Part shown: positions 51,401 to 64,000 of the stretch, piece after piece
Numbering within the stretch: position 1 is the first letter of the stretch
Layout: each line of letters begins with the position of its first letter
Source: Sarea resinae
Lineage: Eukaryota
Assembly: GCA_026026165.1 (NCBI GenBank)
Contig: JAPEUD010000001.1
Coordinates: 868,001 to 932,000 of the forward strand
Direction of reading: 5' to 3'
DNA length: 64,000 bases
The notes under the pieces: generated by a model
Databases searched by the model: none
The model's input: the letters and a program-made list of their open reading frames with translations, nothing else
Told to the model about the DNA's origin: nothing
Made by a program: the position numbers and the translations under genes

Positions 51401-52466
51401 ACAACCTGTCGACGATCCTTGACAGATTTTGAAACTCTAGCGAAGTGGCTCGTGGTTGAGCATCCAGCGTCCTGGCTACCATCAATTTCTGGTTTCCGAT
51501 CCCCTTTTCAAATACCTTCAAGGCCATCGAGAGCCGTTCTCCGGAATATCCAACTACATCTCGACAGCTTTCTCAAGATAATGCTCTCACATCCAACGTT
51601 TTCGACCCACGAGCTTTTATGGGAATTTTTCCTTGTGCCGGATATCCAACCGGAGATGGTGGCAGAGCGAAGCCTTAAGAAGGCCGAAATTCGAGCTGAA
51701 AGAGTCAAAGAAGAGTATCCGCCAGTCATCGAAGTCAAAGATGTCGAGCTATTTGTAGGCCATGCACGGGAGATGATTCGTGGGGTCAATCAATCCACAA
51801 AGAGCGTGGTTCGAAGGGTGAACATGCTTCGAAACGTCCGATCAGGTAAGATCTTGTCCCATCTCGTTGGATATTGGCAACGACAGCTGAATGATGTTCC
51901 TAGATCTTTGCCAAGCTGCTCAATTGTCTTCCGTCGCTCTAGCTAGCCTTGTTTTTCTCCCACCTTCTCACGTCACGGCTTTTGCTCGATTCGCAGCAAC
52001 GTTATCTTCTACCGAGCTTTCACCGTACACGGTATTCCTTTACGATATGCAATCCATCTCATCTACTCTACTCGCCATCATATCATCATTTTCCCGCCCA
52101 CAAACGCTCATCACCAGCATGTCGCAAACCTCCAAAGCCATCGACCGACATCTCTCTTCCCTTCGTCGGTCCGACCGCTGGCCTCTCGGTCTCTTGGACG
52201 ATACACGGAACAAGATTCACCAGGAAGCGGCCGAAAAGGTCGAGAAGAGTAGTGAGGAGCTGGCTAGTCTGGCATCCGAGCTACGCTACACACAACAGAT
52301 CGTCGCCGGAGAACTAGCAGGATGGCAAGATGTGCACGAGAAGATGGGTCGAAGAGCGCTCAGGACTCTGGCTCAGAAGATGGTCGTCATGGAAAAGGCG
52401 AGGCTGGCGGCGATGAAGAGGGCGGTCAGGGGTGTTCTCCCGCCCGAGGAAGGAGGGCCCCGTTGA
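48412..52466 (+). CDS. VPS9-domain + ankyrin + PX-like protein (Vrl1/VARP-like Rab GEF), 4 exons
   Basis: MQPLNPFLRAFF..QQH|ILLVPTTE; VPS9 motifs INADTLVSLLL and GEMGYALSTFEA; ankyrin repeats (GQTPL, GNTLLH, FTPLMVAS); PX-like RRSLTDF..HPTFSTHELLWEFF. Confidence 0.85.
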
Positions 52467-53117
52467 TTGACGGTCCACGAAGGACAAACTCATCTCCCAT
52501 TTTCATCACATTAAATCCCATTCCATTTACATATTTCCCCCGCAATCTTGTTCGCAGATGTAACAACTCATCTGCGCGGCTGCATGTGTACATTTTTGTT
52601 CTGCGAGGCATAGAGGCGCAGGCGGCAATATCCTACCGTTCTATTCATGGCACGGCATCGTTGATAGGTAGTCAGTCAGTCGAGCATGATCTCCAGTCTC
52701 GGATCTCCGGTTTGCTACCGGATGTTGGATTTTGCCAAAAAGGTAGTTCACACATCCGGGTAGAATCAAATCTCATTTTTGCTTTGATGTCTTGGTAAAT
52801 TGCAAGACAATCGAACAGGTTATAAGTACTAGAGAGTTGTAGAGTACAACTGGCTACCTGAGGTGTATCTGGTGAGGGCGGAGTGGCGCTCCAGACGATG
52901 ACCGATGACGTCGCCTTGGTCAGGCCGGGGCGACCATCTGCCTCAAGCGAGTAATAAACAGGGCAAGGGCGACAGCATCGACGCTGCCGTATGCACTTCA
53001 CTTCACTTCTCTCTACCCTCCTAAATCTATTCTTTCCTTCAAGAGTCTCGCTCTGCAAGCTAGACATCAATCTTGCTCTTCATTAAAAGACGGCTTCCCC
53101 CCCAACCACATCACAAG

Positions 53118-53512
53118 ATGCCTCTCGTTGTGCCCGGCATCAACTCCAAAGGCTCTGGCGACCAGAAGAGCGAATGGATGAACAAGCTCGTGGGCAAGAA
53201 GCTGAGCGAGTCAGCATCGGATTCAACCGTAAGTCGATGACTCCGGAGAGCTGCCGGTGACGAGCAGCAGTTGATAAGAGTATTGAATGAGCAGAATTTC
53301 GCCAAGACGGATCTTCCCAAGGAAACGCGGGTGATCGAGCCCGGTTCGATGGTGACGCAGGACCATAAGCCTGACCGGTGAGATTGGAAGCCGGCTCTGT
53401 TCTTGACGACCGACTCGGCCGCCTTACCGTCGGGGCTGACTATTTCTCTTTGTGCAGACTGAATGTCCATCTGGGGGACGACGGCACGGTGACACATGTT
53501 GATTATAAGTAG
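53118..53512 (+). CDS. Small (~82 aa) peptidase inhibitor I78-like protein, 3 exons
   Basis: Spliced MPLVVPGINS..WMNKLVGKKL..|NFAKTDLPKETRVIEPGSMVTQDHKPDR|LNVHLGDDGTVTHVDYK; RVI.PG.MVT.D..PDRLNV pattern; canonical introns. Confidence 0.8.
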
Positions 53513-54024
53513 TACCTTGGTACGTGATCATGATACTGGGAATGGAAATGGTTACGGCAATGGGATGGCAATGGACTGGCAATGGAAATGGGATGGAGAC
53601 GGAATGAAGGCGCCTATGACGTTAGTCCAATAATGAAATAAGTCGGATTTTCTCATTTCGAGCTTGATTGAGATTATGAAGCACTGCGTACTCGGTACTC
53701 CTAGAGCAGTGGTAGCGCAGAGGGATCGAAATGGGGTGGTGATCATCGAGAAGTGAAGGATCACGATAATGCTACCATAGTACTCACTGTACAGAGAGTA
53801 CTCTCTCTCTAGAAGCTGCCCGAACCTGGTCGTCGTACGCAGTACCTTAAGCGCAGCCTGGTCTGTCGCTGTGTCACAAGCGAGCGCGCCATTCGCCGGC
53901 TTGCCATATGGTAGCTTGCTTGCATCTATGAAGTAGACCTCAGGCACCGCGATTCGAAAAGACCGAGCAACTCTCAACGTCTCTGCTCATTCGATAAACA
54001 AGATCAATCTGTCATATCGCCATC

Positions 54025-55291
54025 ATGGTAAGACTTCGGAACCGCTTCCATCTCCATCTCGGTACTAATCTCAATCCCTCTCAGGCGACAGAGTCCAAGA
54101 AGAGACTCGCTCTCGCCATCGTCGATTTCCTGTCAACCTCCCTCAAGGACGGCACCTTGTCTTCGGACGACGCCGAATCCATCGAAGTCGCGCAGTCATG
54201 CATTGCCGAGTCCTTCAAGGTCGACCCATCGGACAAGACAGCCATGGCCGACGCTCTCGGTGGCCAGAACCTCCTCAGTATCTACGGCGTCTACGAGAAG
54301 CTCAAGGGTAAGAGCACGGCCAGCACCAGCGGACCTAGCAGTGCCTCCGAGGCTCGCCCGTCTACGCCCTCGGCGCCGACCGCGGGTGCGTCGACGTCCG
54401 CCGCGCCAGGCGCCAAGTCTGCAGAGGCCGAAGCTCTGAAAGGACGAGGAAATGCGGCCATGGCGAGCAAGGACTACAAATCCGCAATCGATTTCTATAC
54501 CCAGGCGCTCGCAATCTCCCCCGTGAATCCCATCTACCTTTCCAACCGCGCAGCCGCCTATTCAGCCACACACCAGCACGATCTGGCGAAAGCGGACGCC
54601 GAGATGGCCGTGGCGGCCGAGCCGAAGTATACCAAGGCGTGGAGCAGACTCGGATTGGCGAGGTTCGCGCTCGGAGATGCCAAGGGTAGTCTCGAGGCTT
54701 ACGAGAAGGGCATCGAGTTTGAGGGCAATGGCGGCAGTCCGGCGATGAAGAAAGGCTACGAGACGGCCAAGAAGCGGGTGGAGGAAGAAGAAGCAGGAGA
54801 CGATGAAGCACGATCCCCGAGTCCTCGTGCCGGCGGTGGTGCCGGTGCCGGTGCCGGCGGTATGCCCGACCTGAGCAGTCTGGCCGGTATGTTTGGCGGT
54901 GGCGCAGGAGGGGGCCGAGGTGGAGGCGGCGGACCCGATCTCAGCTCCATTATGAACAATCCCATGTTCAGCCAGATGGCGCAGAACCTGATGAGCAATC
55001 CAGGCATGATGCAGAACATCATGAACAACCCGCAAGTGCGACAGATGGCCGAGGGATTTGGCCGAGGAGGTGCTGGTGAGGGAGGCGAGAGCGGAGAGGG
55101 CGGACAAGGCGGTGGTGGGGGAATGCCAGATATCGCCAGTTTGATGCAGGATCCCAACATTGCTGAGATGTAAGTCTTGGCCCTCTTGTGTGTGATCTCC
55201 ACCGTGAATAGTCGACTGACATGCATTTCCTCTCAGGGCACGAAATTTCATGGGCGGAAGGGGAGGAGGAGCACCCGGACCGCAACCTTGA
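54025..55291 (+). CDS. SGT2: Small glutamine-rich TPR co-chaperone
   Basis: KKRLALAIVDFL..ESIEVA..CIAE.F dimerisation domain; TPRs (LKGRGNAAM, YLSNRAAA, KAWSRLG); Met/Asn/Pro-rich STI1-like C-terminus. Confidence 0.93.
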
Positions 55292-56035
55292 CCTTGGTAT
55301 GGGATTACAATGAAAATGAATTGAAGTGAATGGAACTGAACTTGAATTGAATTGGGATTCGTGGCAGCAGCGTATAGTTTATAGAATGAGATGACCTGAC
55401 GAGACTTTTCTGTTCTTCTATCCATGCACGAGACTGTCTGAATGAGCGAGTGAGTGTCTATTGTATTCTCCAGAGTATCAGCTCTAATGAGCAAGGCCAC
55501 ATGAACCTCTTCAATCCCGCTCCTCCACCCCGTCCTCGTACCAAAACAATAATCAGCATAGGATACGACTCCGTGGACTTGGGCAGGGCTCGTGAGACCC
55601 CCTAGAAGGCGGTACGAAGGAAGGAATCTGCACTCCCTGACTCTATGTCCCTCCGTATTCTATCCACTTATTTCCCCCTCGGGCTTCACCCCTCAGCTAG
55701 ACTACCCCACAGTGTCCCTAACGCACCAAGTCCGCATCGACGCAACGCAACGCAACGCACACAACGACGACGACGAAGGCCTCAACTCCACGCAATTCAA
55801 CTAACTTCGTCCTTCTCTCGTCCTCCTCTCGTCCTCCTCTCGTCCCCTCCCTCGTCTCCCCTTCCAACCAGACTCAACTTCGCCAATACCATCCACTCTC
55901 TACCAAACTCATCATCTGTCTACCCATCTATCGTCTCGGAGAATAAGAACAAGAGGACGAAGAAGAAGGTGAACGAAGACAAGGAGGATAATAACCCAGT
56001 CAAGCAAGAGCCGAGATTTTGGTTCCCTTCTCATC

Positions 56036-56988
56036 ATGTTTAAGAAAGAGTACGTGATGTCCTTTACTAGTTTTCCTTCTTACCTCCGGCTTTGTTTCTG
56101 GTTTGTCTGTTTGCTCCTCGCTGGCTGGCTGAATTTGCTGGCTTGGTGTCTTGTTTGATTGGATTCTGATATGGATATGCGGGGTCTTCCCCGCTGAAGA
56201 TCCTGTTCAATTTATCTTCTGACTCCCTGGCCCCTCTTCCCCCGTGCCCCTTCTCCTATCCTTATCAAGACTCCCCCCTCTCCTTCTATACACCATGCCC
56301 GCGTTACTTAAATCCATCACTAACAATGGCTCTCCATCAATAGCCTCACGCCGAGCGCAAAGACCAAGGTCAAATCGAGCGCGCAACGCGCGATCCGCGC
56401 CAAGCTCGTCGAGACGTACCCCGGACTAGCACCGCATATCGAGGAGATCATGCCCAAGAAAGGCAGCGTAGAAAGTGTGAAACTGTACGTCCGACATCCC
56501 TTCGTGCTGCTGCCATTGCCGTGTACGCCACCAGAACCAAGCCTGACACCCGCCACCTTCACCCCCATAGACCCGAACGCATAACAATCTACCTCCTCAC
56601 CACGCCCGCGCACCCGACCCCGCAACCGCTCTGCTACGAAACGCCCTTTACGCCGCTTCTGCCGCACCTGCGCCTCGTCCACGCCTTCCCGTCCGCTTTC
56701 CCCACCATCCGCATCGACCGCGGCGCCATCCGGTTCGTGCTCTCGGGTGCGGCTCTCATGGCGCCCGGGCTCACGTCGCCCGGCGGCCGGCTGCCGGACC
56801 CGGAAAAGGGCGAGAGGGAGCTCGAGAAGGATGAGGTTGTCGCTGTCGCGGCTGAGGGCAAGGACGAGGTCTGTCTCGTTGGCGTCTTGAAGATGGGCAC
56901 CAAGGAGATCAGGGAGAAGAAGAAGGGCGTCGTCTTGGATGAAGGCCATTTTCTGGGGGATGCGCTTTGGCGGATGAAGTTTGAATGA
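56036..56988 (+). CDS. TMA20: Translation re-initiation/recycling factor Tma20/MCT-1 (pre-PUA + PUA), 3 exons
   Basis: MFKK|..KVKSSAQRAIRAKL..YP..IEEIMPKK; PHLRLVH.FP, IDRGAIRFVLSGA.LM.PGLTS.GG, HFLGDALW. Confidence 0.92.
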
Positions 56989-57465
56989 GGGGTCTGATCG
57001 GATGGATAGGTCAGAGTGGTGGTCAGGTGGGTTTGGGGGGAGAGGAGCACGGTTTGGCTGGGTGGGTCTGTTGAGTGCACCACGGTGACGATGATGACGA
57101 CGATGATGATGATTTTAAAAACTTTCCTGGGCATGACGTTCCGACAACGACAACGACGATGACGATGATGATGACAGCCAATTCGGTGATGTGAAGTGAT
57201 GCATTGCGTTCTGAGGTGATGTGACGTTGACGAAATTATCTTAGATACTCTCAATGGCTCTGGCATGTCAACAGGGGAAACTGGAAGCGCTCGATATGGA
57301 TAACAAACGAAAATGAATGCATGGGTCCTTGGTTCGTGCGTGCATGGTTTCTCTCCTTTGACGAGAGAATAGGAGCTCTGTGCGTGCTTGGTATCGGCAT
57401 TGGCATGGACATTACATATGAATGGAATAGATGGCTAGATATTATGCATTTCTGAAGACCTATCA

Positions 57466-57490
57466 TCTCTCTCTCTCTCTCTCTCTCTCT
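57466..57490. repeat. (CT)n microsatellite
   Basis: Direct read. Confidence 0.8.
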
Positions 57491-57847
57491 TTCTATGAGT
57501 GCCAATCAAATAAATAAACAAACATCATCATCATCATCATCTCATTTCTGTCCGTCTGTCGACTTGGATGCATGAAGTGAAGCAAGGTGGGTAAGCGAGA
57601 AGAAAGCTAACGAACAAGAAAGAAGGAAAGGAAATATGACAGACACAAACCCCCAACGCCGTGCCAGCCAGTGCCATGATCCATGGTTCATCGTCATCGG
57701 TCGCTGATGCATGCAGTACGATTGATTGATGCAGGAGAGAAAAAAAAAGAAGGGGGGAAATAGAAAGGAATTGACAAGGCGATGCGGGTCAAGGAGAAAA
57801 GGAGGCGTGTCGAGAAAAGAGGAGAAAGAGACGCTTGACACCACCTC

Positions 57848-58848
57848 CTACGCCTGCACGGCCGCCGTATCCATCTCTGCCCCAAGAGCGGCGGCGCCAC
57901 CAGCACCACCACCAATAGCACCCGCGCCAGCAAGAATAGCCTCATCCTCATCGTCGTCATCATCGTCCTCGTCGCCCTCGTCGTCCTCGTCCCCTTCGTC
58001 CTCGAAGCCGGAATCGATCCGCAGCACGCGCAGCCGCTCCTTCATATCCTCCCTGCGGCCGTCCTGCCAGCGCATCAGGGCCGCGGCGGCGTGCGCCTTG
58101 AAGCCGAACACGCGCGGCTCGTACCGGCGCGCGCTCTTCTTCGGGATCAGGGCCGGGTAGACCTGGAACAGGATGTTGTGGAACGAGGTGCCGAAGTAGG
58201 CGCCGTCGATGGCGGCGTGCCGCGACGACTTTGGGTTGTAGATGTCCTCGCAGCGCGCGCAGTACAGCTTCACGGGCTTCTGGGCCGACACGTCCGAGAG
58301 GCCCGTGGGTAGCAGTGGGTGGTGGTCGCACGTCACGCGCGGGCATTTGCCAAAGTCGCCTTTTTTGTATTTCTCGAGCTGGGTTGGGGGTGCGTGGTTA
58401 GCTGGATAGGCAGGGAGAGTGAGAGAGAAGAAGAGAGACACGGACCATCTTGGCCAGACCCCTCGTCGTGACGATGTAACGGGCGTGCACGAGGCCGTAC
58501 AGGTGGCGGGCCGACTTCTCGATCTGCTCGCGCATGTCGTCGTCGCAGTCGAGGTCGAAGACGTCGGTGACCAGGTCCAGGGCATACTGGTAGTATTGCA
58601 CCTCGGTGTTGAGCCCGGTCAGGTTGAAGCGGTCCGTCAGGTACTCGGAGTCGATCTCGCAGAAGTATTCGTTGCCGCGCGAGGAGATGAACTGTGGGGG
58701 AGAGGAAGGACGGTTAGTGGGGAGATGTCGAGATGGATGTGATGTTGGATGTGATGTTGGTGATGGGCTTGGTAGAGATCCGACTCACCCAGTCTCGCCA
58801 GTAGCTGGTGTAGTCGCTATCGGTCTCGCTGTTGAAGTCGTCCATCAT
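57848..58848 (-). CDS. CKB2: Casein kinase II regulatory beta subunit (beta-2 type), 3 exons
   Basis: DSDYTSYWRDW|FISSRGNEYFCEID..DRFNLTGL, HLYGLVHARYI, FGKCPRVTC..KLYCARCEDIYNP, IDGAYFGTSF, YEPRVFGFK. Confidence 0.92.
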
Positions 58849-59924
58849 GGCGGTGGTGGTGGCGGTGGTGGTGGTGGTGGTGATGGTGATGATTATTGAT
58901 TGATTGTCAGGATTGCTTGACAGGGCTATCGACAGTAGTGAAGTAGTACCTCAGGGCTAAGGTACTACATAAAGTAGTCTGGTGGGTGAAGAGCAGAGCC
59001 GCAGAGTCAGGTAATGGGTACTCCGGAGTACATGGGACGAGCTGGAAGTCATGCAAAGTAGCGGGAAGAGCCCGGGCAAGCAGTGCATCCGCCATCTTCG
59101 CGTTCCGCTGCAAGCCCGCCAATGGAAGCGGGAACATGTGTCGCGCAAGGGCCTGTCGATGCGGGAGGGACCTCTGGCTACAGAGGACTACTTTATAGTA
59201 CCGACGCCGCTAGGCAGCACCCTCGCACCTCTCGCCGTCGCTCTCCGGCGTCAACGTGCCCGACGGGATTGGCTGTCGTCGCGTCTGACCAGGACGTGAG
59301 GGCCGAGGGGCTCAACACACCAATGCGACATGGCCGACGACAACTCCTGCCGTGCTCCCTGGTGCCGCCCACAAGTCCCAAAAGGTCCTAAAGCCCCCCC
59401 AAGGCACACAATGGGGCGTGCAGTGGAGTCGATCCGTAGTCGATCGAGTCCACTGGCCCGCACTCTTCCTGCGCGACTCTGATCGTGCTCGGCCAGCCAT
59501 TGAAGCACTGCATGTGCGTCAACCGTCGCCGACGTGATTCGCGCACCAGAGGAGAAGGGCAGAGTCAGATGGCAGCTAAGGCGAGGTGGTCTAGACCTCC
59601 ATCCGCCTTCAGCACGTCGTGATCATTTAATTGCTTGCCCTGCCCCTCTCGACCTCCTCACTCCCGTGCCTACCCACCTGTTTACATATCTCCATCTCCA
59701 TTGCTGCTACCACTGCTTCTACTACTGCTTTTGCTGTATCTTTCTCGTCGTCGAGCCCAAGAGTATCATCCGGCACCAGAGAACATGACAAGGGCCTTTC
59801 CGTCACGATAGCAGCCTTGCCCGTCCCCGTCTCGGCCACAAAGGCAACACCCAGCTCGGCGCAACGGCTAGAAAAGACCAACCACCCATTCTTCGTGCCA
59901 CCGACCAAGAGGTCTGCCCTCAAC

Positions 59925-60524
59925 ATGCCCATCTTCAACCTCACCTTCCTCATGCTGCTCCTCGTCGCCCTGACCCTCACACACGCCCTGCCCTCCCTGT
60001 CCCCCGCACCCACCTCGCCCGAGCAGCAGAAGCGCAACGGCCTTCTCTCTCTGCGCGCAAAGCTCCTGCCCTTCCAGAATCCACTGCATACCACGCTTCT
60101 CATGGCCCCGCACGCCACCGCCATACCAGCCACAGGCCCGGCCGTGGCCGTGGCAAAGGCCGAGGCCGAGGTCGAGACGGAAACCAACAGAAAGACGAAG
60201 ACGAGGTGGCGGGTTGGTGGTGAAGCCGATGGCAGTACCGATGCCAACGAGAACGTCCATGCCAATGCCAAGGCCGATAGGAAAGTGGAGGACCCGTCGC
60301 CAGAGGCCGAGGAGATGGCACTGAGAGCTCGGTACGTTTGCCCTCCCCGCCCTCTTCCCCCGCCTCGACAGATACAAGAGAAAGATCCCTGGCGTCGTTT
60401 CAATTCCTCCAGAGAAGGAAACTAACCACATCACTCACTCACCTACAGCGCCGCCCACACCGCCACCCTCGATCTCATGATCGCAAATCGATGGGCCGAC
60501 CACGACCTGGACACCTGGGATTGA
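59925..60524 (+). CDS. Putative small secreted protein of unknown function, 2 exons
   Basis: CAAC-ATG context, signal peptide MPIFNLTFLMLLLVALTLTHA, KR site, intron GTACGT(60332)..CTAAC..CAG(60448), ends ...NRWADHDLDTWD. Confidence 0.55.
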
Positions 60525-61254
60525 TCAGTCGGGCGGTGGCCTTTTTCCGTACCTTGTCATGCCACGCTATACCAAGTCGTCGTCATTGATTTTCTGTCCG
60601 GGGCTTTTGCTTCTGCTTCTGCTTCTGCTTCTGCGAACGGCGTTGGGCTGGGCTGGAGCTCTCTGTGGCGTTTGCTTTGCTTTTCATGCGCTTATGATCA
60701 TGGCTCTGTGCTTGGGTAGAGAGAGAGATGGACATAGAGAGAGGAGATAAGGGGGGAGAGCGGGGGAGAGAGAAATTAAACTAGTGTCGAAATGCGTAGT
60801 GAGAGACTTTGCTCACTTGCTCACTTGCTCACTTGCTTCCTTGCTTCCTTGCTTCTAACAGCAGTCAAGTAGTTAGCCCAGTAGCTTAGTTCAGTTTAGC
60901 TTAGCTTGACTTAAGCCAAAAACAAGAATCGAAAGAGAAAAGAATCAAGCAAGGAAGACATACAAAACCACTAGATTTACAAAACACGCAGTGCATAGGG
61001 GTTTATTTATCTGAGCTATATCTATCTACTCTACTATAGCCGGCAAGTCTAGGAGGCGGCCTAACACCAACAAAGGAACATCATATAAAAAGAGAGGATT
61101 CATCAACTAAGCTAATTGCCTAGCTTTCTTATTCCTGTACTTTACTCTCTATCTATGAGGAAAGTTAGATGCGCCTCTAGCTACCTAGACTACGAAGACT
61201 ACCTACGCGGACTGCCTAGATTAAGTGAGGGATGAATATATAACACAACTTCAT

Positions 61255-64000
61255 TCAGTCCAGCGCCCCAGAGGAGGAAAAGTAATCGCCACCTCCGCCG
61301 GCCCTTTTGTTCTTCATCGTCATCTTCTTCTTCTCCCCCTTCGGCACTCTCACCGTCGTCATCGTCGTCGTCGTCGTCGGGCCGCGGCTCATGGGACTAG
61401 GACTTCGACTCGCACTTCTACTTCCACTCCCATCACCACTCCCATCGCCACTCCTATTTCCACTCCCTGTCCCGTTCCCATTCCCGTTTCCACGCCCCTG
61501 ACTCCTCGTCTGGATCTCCAGTCCCAAGCCCAAGCCCATGTCCACACCTAAACCATTGCCGTCCCGCGGCAGCGGCGACGACTCCTCCGACTCCGAAGAC
61601 GTGGACCGCGGCACACTGAACATGAAGCCGCCTCCTCCATCACCTGCAGAACCACGACCGCGACCACCACCACCACCACCACCACCAAGGACGAAACTGC
61701 CGCTAGGTGTCGTGACACTGGCGGCCGGACTCCTCAAGCCCACCCTCTCCAGCGCCTCACGAAGCGCGTCCCCGGACTCGTCGACCGCCTTCAGGAAGCG
61801 GGCCAACTCCATGCAGAGCTCCCAGTCGCCCTCTTCCTTGGCGCGCCGCAGCAGCCGCACGAGCTGCTGGCTCGAGTCGCCCAGCTCCTCAAACGTGTGC
61901 AGCACGAGGAGATAGCCGCCTGCGGTCTTGAGTGCGCCCTTTTGCAGCGATTCCTCGAAGAGCTGCTGCGGCGGCGGCAGGTGTGCGAAGAGGGTGCGCC
62001 AGGACCGGAGTTCCGTCTTGCGCGTGCATTGGATGAGGATGTCGAGGTATTGCGGGAACGAGGAGAGGAAGGTGAGGACGGTCGGTAGGAGCGGTGGCGG
62101 AGGTGGTGTTGTGATCTCCCCCGTCGCCGAATTGTGTGGCGTGTGAGCTTTGGAGTTGTCGACTTCGTCGTCGAGAACGTCGTGCAGGAGCATTTCGAGC
62201 GCGTGCGGGAAGTAGAGGAGATGTGCGTAGAAGTGTGACAGGTGGAGCGCGGCTGGGGAGTTGTATTGAGACAGATAATAACGCATCAAGCGTGGGAGGA
62301 AGAGGTGCGTCTGTTGTGTTGATTAGTACAATCGATATAAAGGGTGGACGGCAGGACTCACCCTGATCGGTAGACGGAAAAATGCAAAGTTGATATCCCG
62401 TCGCTGGATCAATTCAGGCTCGACGCCCAGAATGATGCCCTTGCTGAGGAGAACCGAAAGCGGATAGAAGTCTACGGGGATTTTGACGGCCGAAGGAGGT
62501 TCCCTGGTGGGCTCGATTGAAGCCGAGCGGAGGACATCCAGCACATCCGGCCACACCTTCACGTCGCGGCCGTCGAAAAGCCAAAGCGAGTCCCGCAAAC
62601 CGTGGCTATTAAGGCTGCTCAATGCTCCGTCCGCGGGCGGCGTCGATGGAGCTTCTGATTCAGGAAGTTGGAAGAATAGCTGGTCACGCATGAGGACGTA
62701 ATACTCGACATTTTGGGCAATAATCTTCATGTCGTACTTGAGTTCGCCTGCATCGTTGGTAGACGGCTGTAACAGGACGAGCTTGCCGTCGACGAGGAAA
62801 AGTACTGTAGCAACTGCCACATCTTGCGCTGGTTCCCCGTTTTCTACGCCTTGGTTAGAAACATTGGTGATGACTTTGGCCATAACTTACGGATCTGGTC
62901 GTCCGGTAGCACCCAGCTAATCGCACGAACCCTGGCAGGTGCCCGAATAATGCCGTGAAATGCAATCTGTCCAACTTGCACGAGCCTGATGCTCTCGGCA
63001 GTCGCAACAATAATGTAATGGTACAGGATGTTGTCATAAGTATAAACAAGAAGAGAATCTTCCCCCGAAAGGGAAATGATGACTGCAGGAGCCGGAAGGC
63101 TCTCCGCATGCAGCATTAGAGTATTATCCAGAGAGAGCTCTCGGGAATATAGCCTGATCTGGGGGGTATTAGTCTGTGACGTCTTTTGATACCCTTTGGC
63201 ATACCTCGTAGTAATCGCTGAATTCAACAGCGGCGATCAATATGTGCTGGTGCCAGCACATGCCACCGCGAACGACGAATTCTTCCTCCATATCGCGGTC
63301 GACAAAAGTTTTCCATCGTCCGCTATGCACACTGTAATGTGCTAAACCGCGTCGTCCGGCTACAGCCACGTATCGCCCGTCAGGAGATATCACTGCACTC
63401 CGGATAGGCCACTGATCCTCCAGATAGCTCGAAGGTATCTGAACATGGTTCCATAAAGACGCATCTGCCGAAATGGTTGTGAGATCTGATTGCTCGTGCC
63501 CTCGGTAGGCCATGAATCCTGTGTTGGTCTGCAACAAAGAACGAGAGATATTGGCGGAGGAAAAGCAGCCTGCCACTGCACTCCTGGCTACCTCCAAGAC
63601 CCAGAGGCGATCATCATTTGGTCCGAGGAGGAGTATCTCTGCACCGCCCGATATCCAACTCGCCTCTGTCACGCCTGTGAGCCATCCTTCTTCATTGCTT
63701 TCTGATATGGACGAGTCAGAGACGAAGCTATTTCCGCCGGCCTTCCCATAGACGCTCCAGCTTGCCCACCCTCTTTCATAACCGGCGAAAAGACAATACC
63801 CATCCGGTGAATAGTTTAGGTATGTCATTCGCCCGGAAGTAGACGAAGAGACCGAGAGGGCTAGTCTGTGTGAAATCGGAATATTTCCAACGTAATCTCT
63901 TGCAGAGTATACGTAAATGTCATTGTTCGCGCAGCCAACAGCAATTAAAGAAAACCTGGCATTGATCGCCGCCTTGACAGCATAACCTTCCTCACTTTGT
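61255..64000 (-). CDS. RIC1: Ric1 (Rab6/Ypt6 GEF subunit), 5' part outside window
   Basis: WPIRSAVISPDGRYVAVAGRRGLAHYS..RWK.F, VDFYPLSVLL.KG, YFPHALEMLLH.VL, CTRKTE...W..LF, KTAGGYLLVL, WELCMELARFL. Confidence 0.92.

Noticed and set aside
1..64000. tRNA, rRNA genes or CRISPR arrays
   Set aside because: None recognised by eye; the sequence is eukaryotic and has no repeat-spacer structure

Overview
Gene-dense, intron-containing window from a filamentous ascomycete (Pezizomycotina-type GT-AG introns with CTRAC branch points). It holds about 25 host genes: Mac-like acetyltransferase, ankyrin protein, TRL1, TRM11, HIT hydrolase, two aldo-keto reductases, GPI cell-wall protein, amidase, fluG, FAM192A-like, P450, RIB1, OLA1, PPPDE peptidase, uS11m, TIM44, VPS9-ANK-PX protein, I78 inhibitor-like microprotein, SGT2, TMA20, CK2-beta, a secreted orphan and a partial RIC1. 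The main feature is missed by the ORF track: a complete 7,833-bp RIP-inactivated DNA transposon (37737-45569) with terminal inverted repeats and a perfect 9-bp target-site duplication. It encodes a degenerate RecQ-like helicase (+) and an Academ/DUF6589-like transposase (-), which fits the AcademH lineage, plus a third degenerate ORF carrying a Zn2Cys6-like motif. It sits in the short divergent promoter of two mitochondrial-protein genes. Also found: an intronic snR69-like C/D snoRNA and a non-AUG mitochondrial-presequence-like extension in OLA1, and a RIP-damaged putative Fe(II)-dioxygenase pseudogene (~30.7-31.9 kb). All family assignments come from motif recognition by eye; no searches were run, and exon boundaries are manual.
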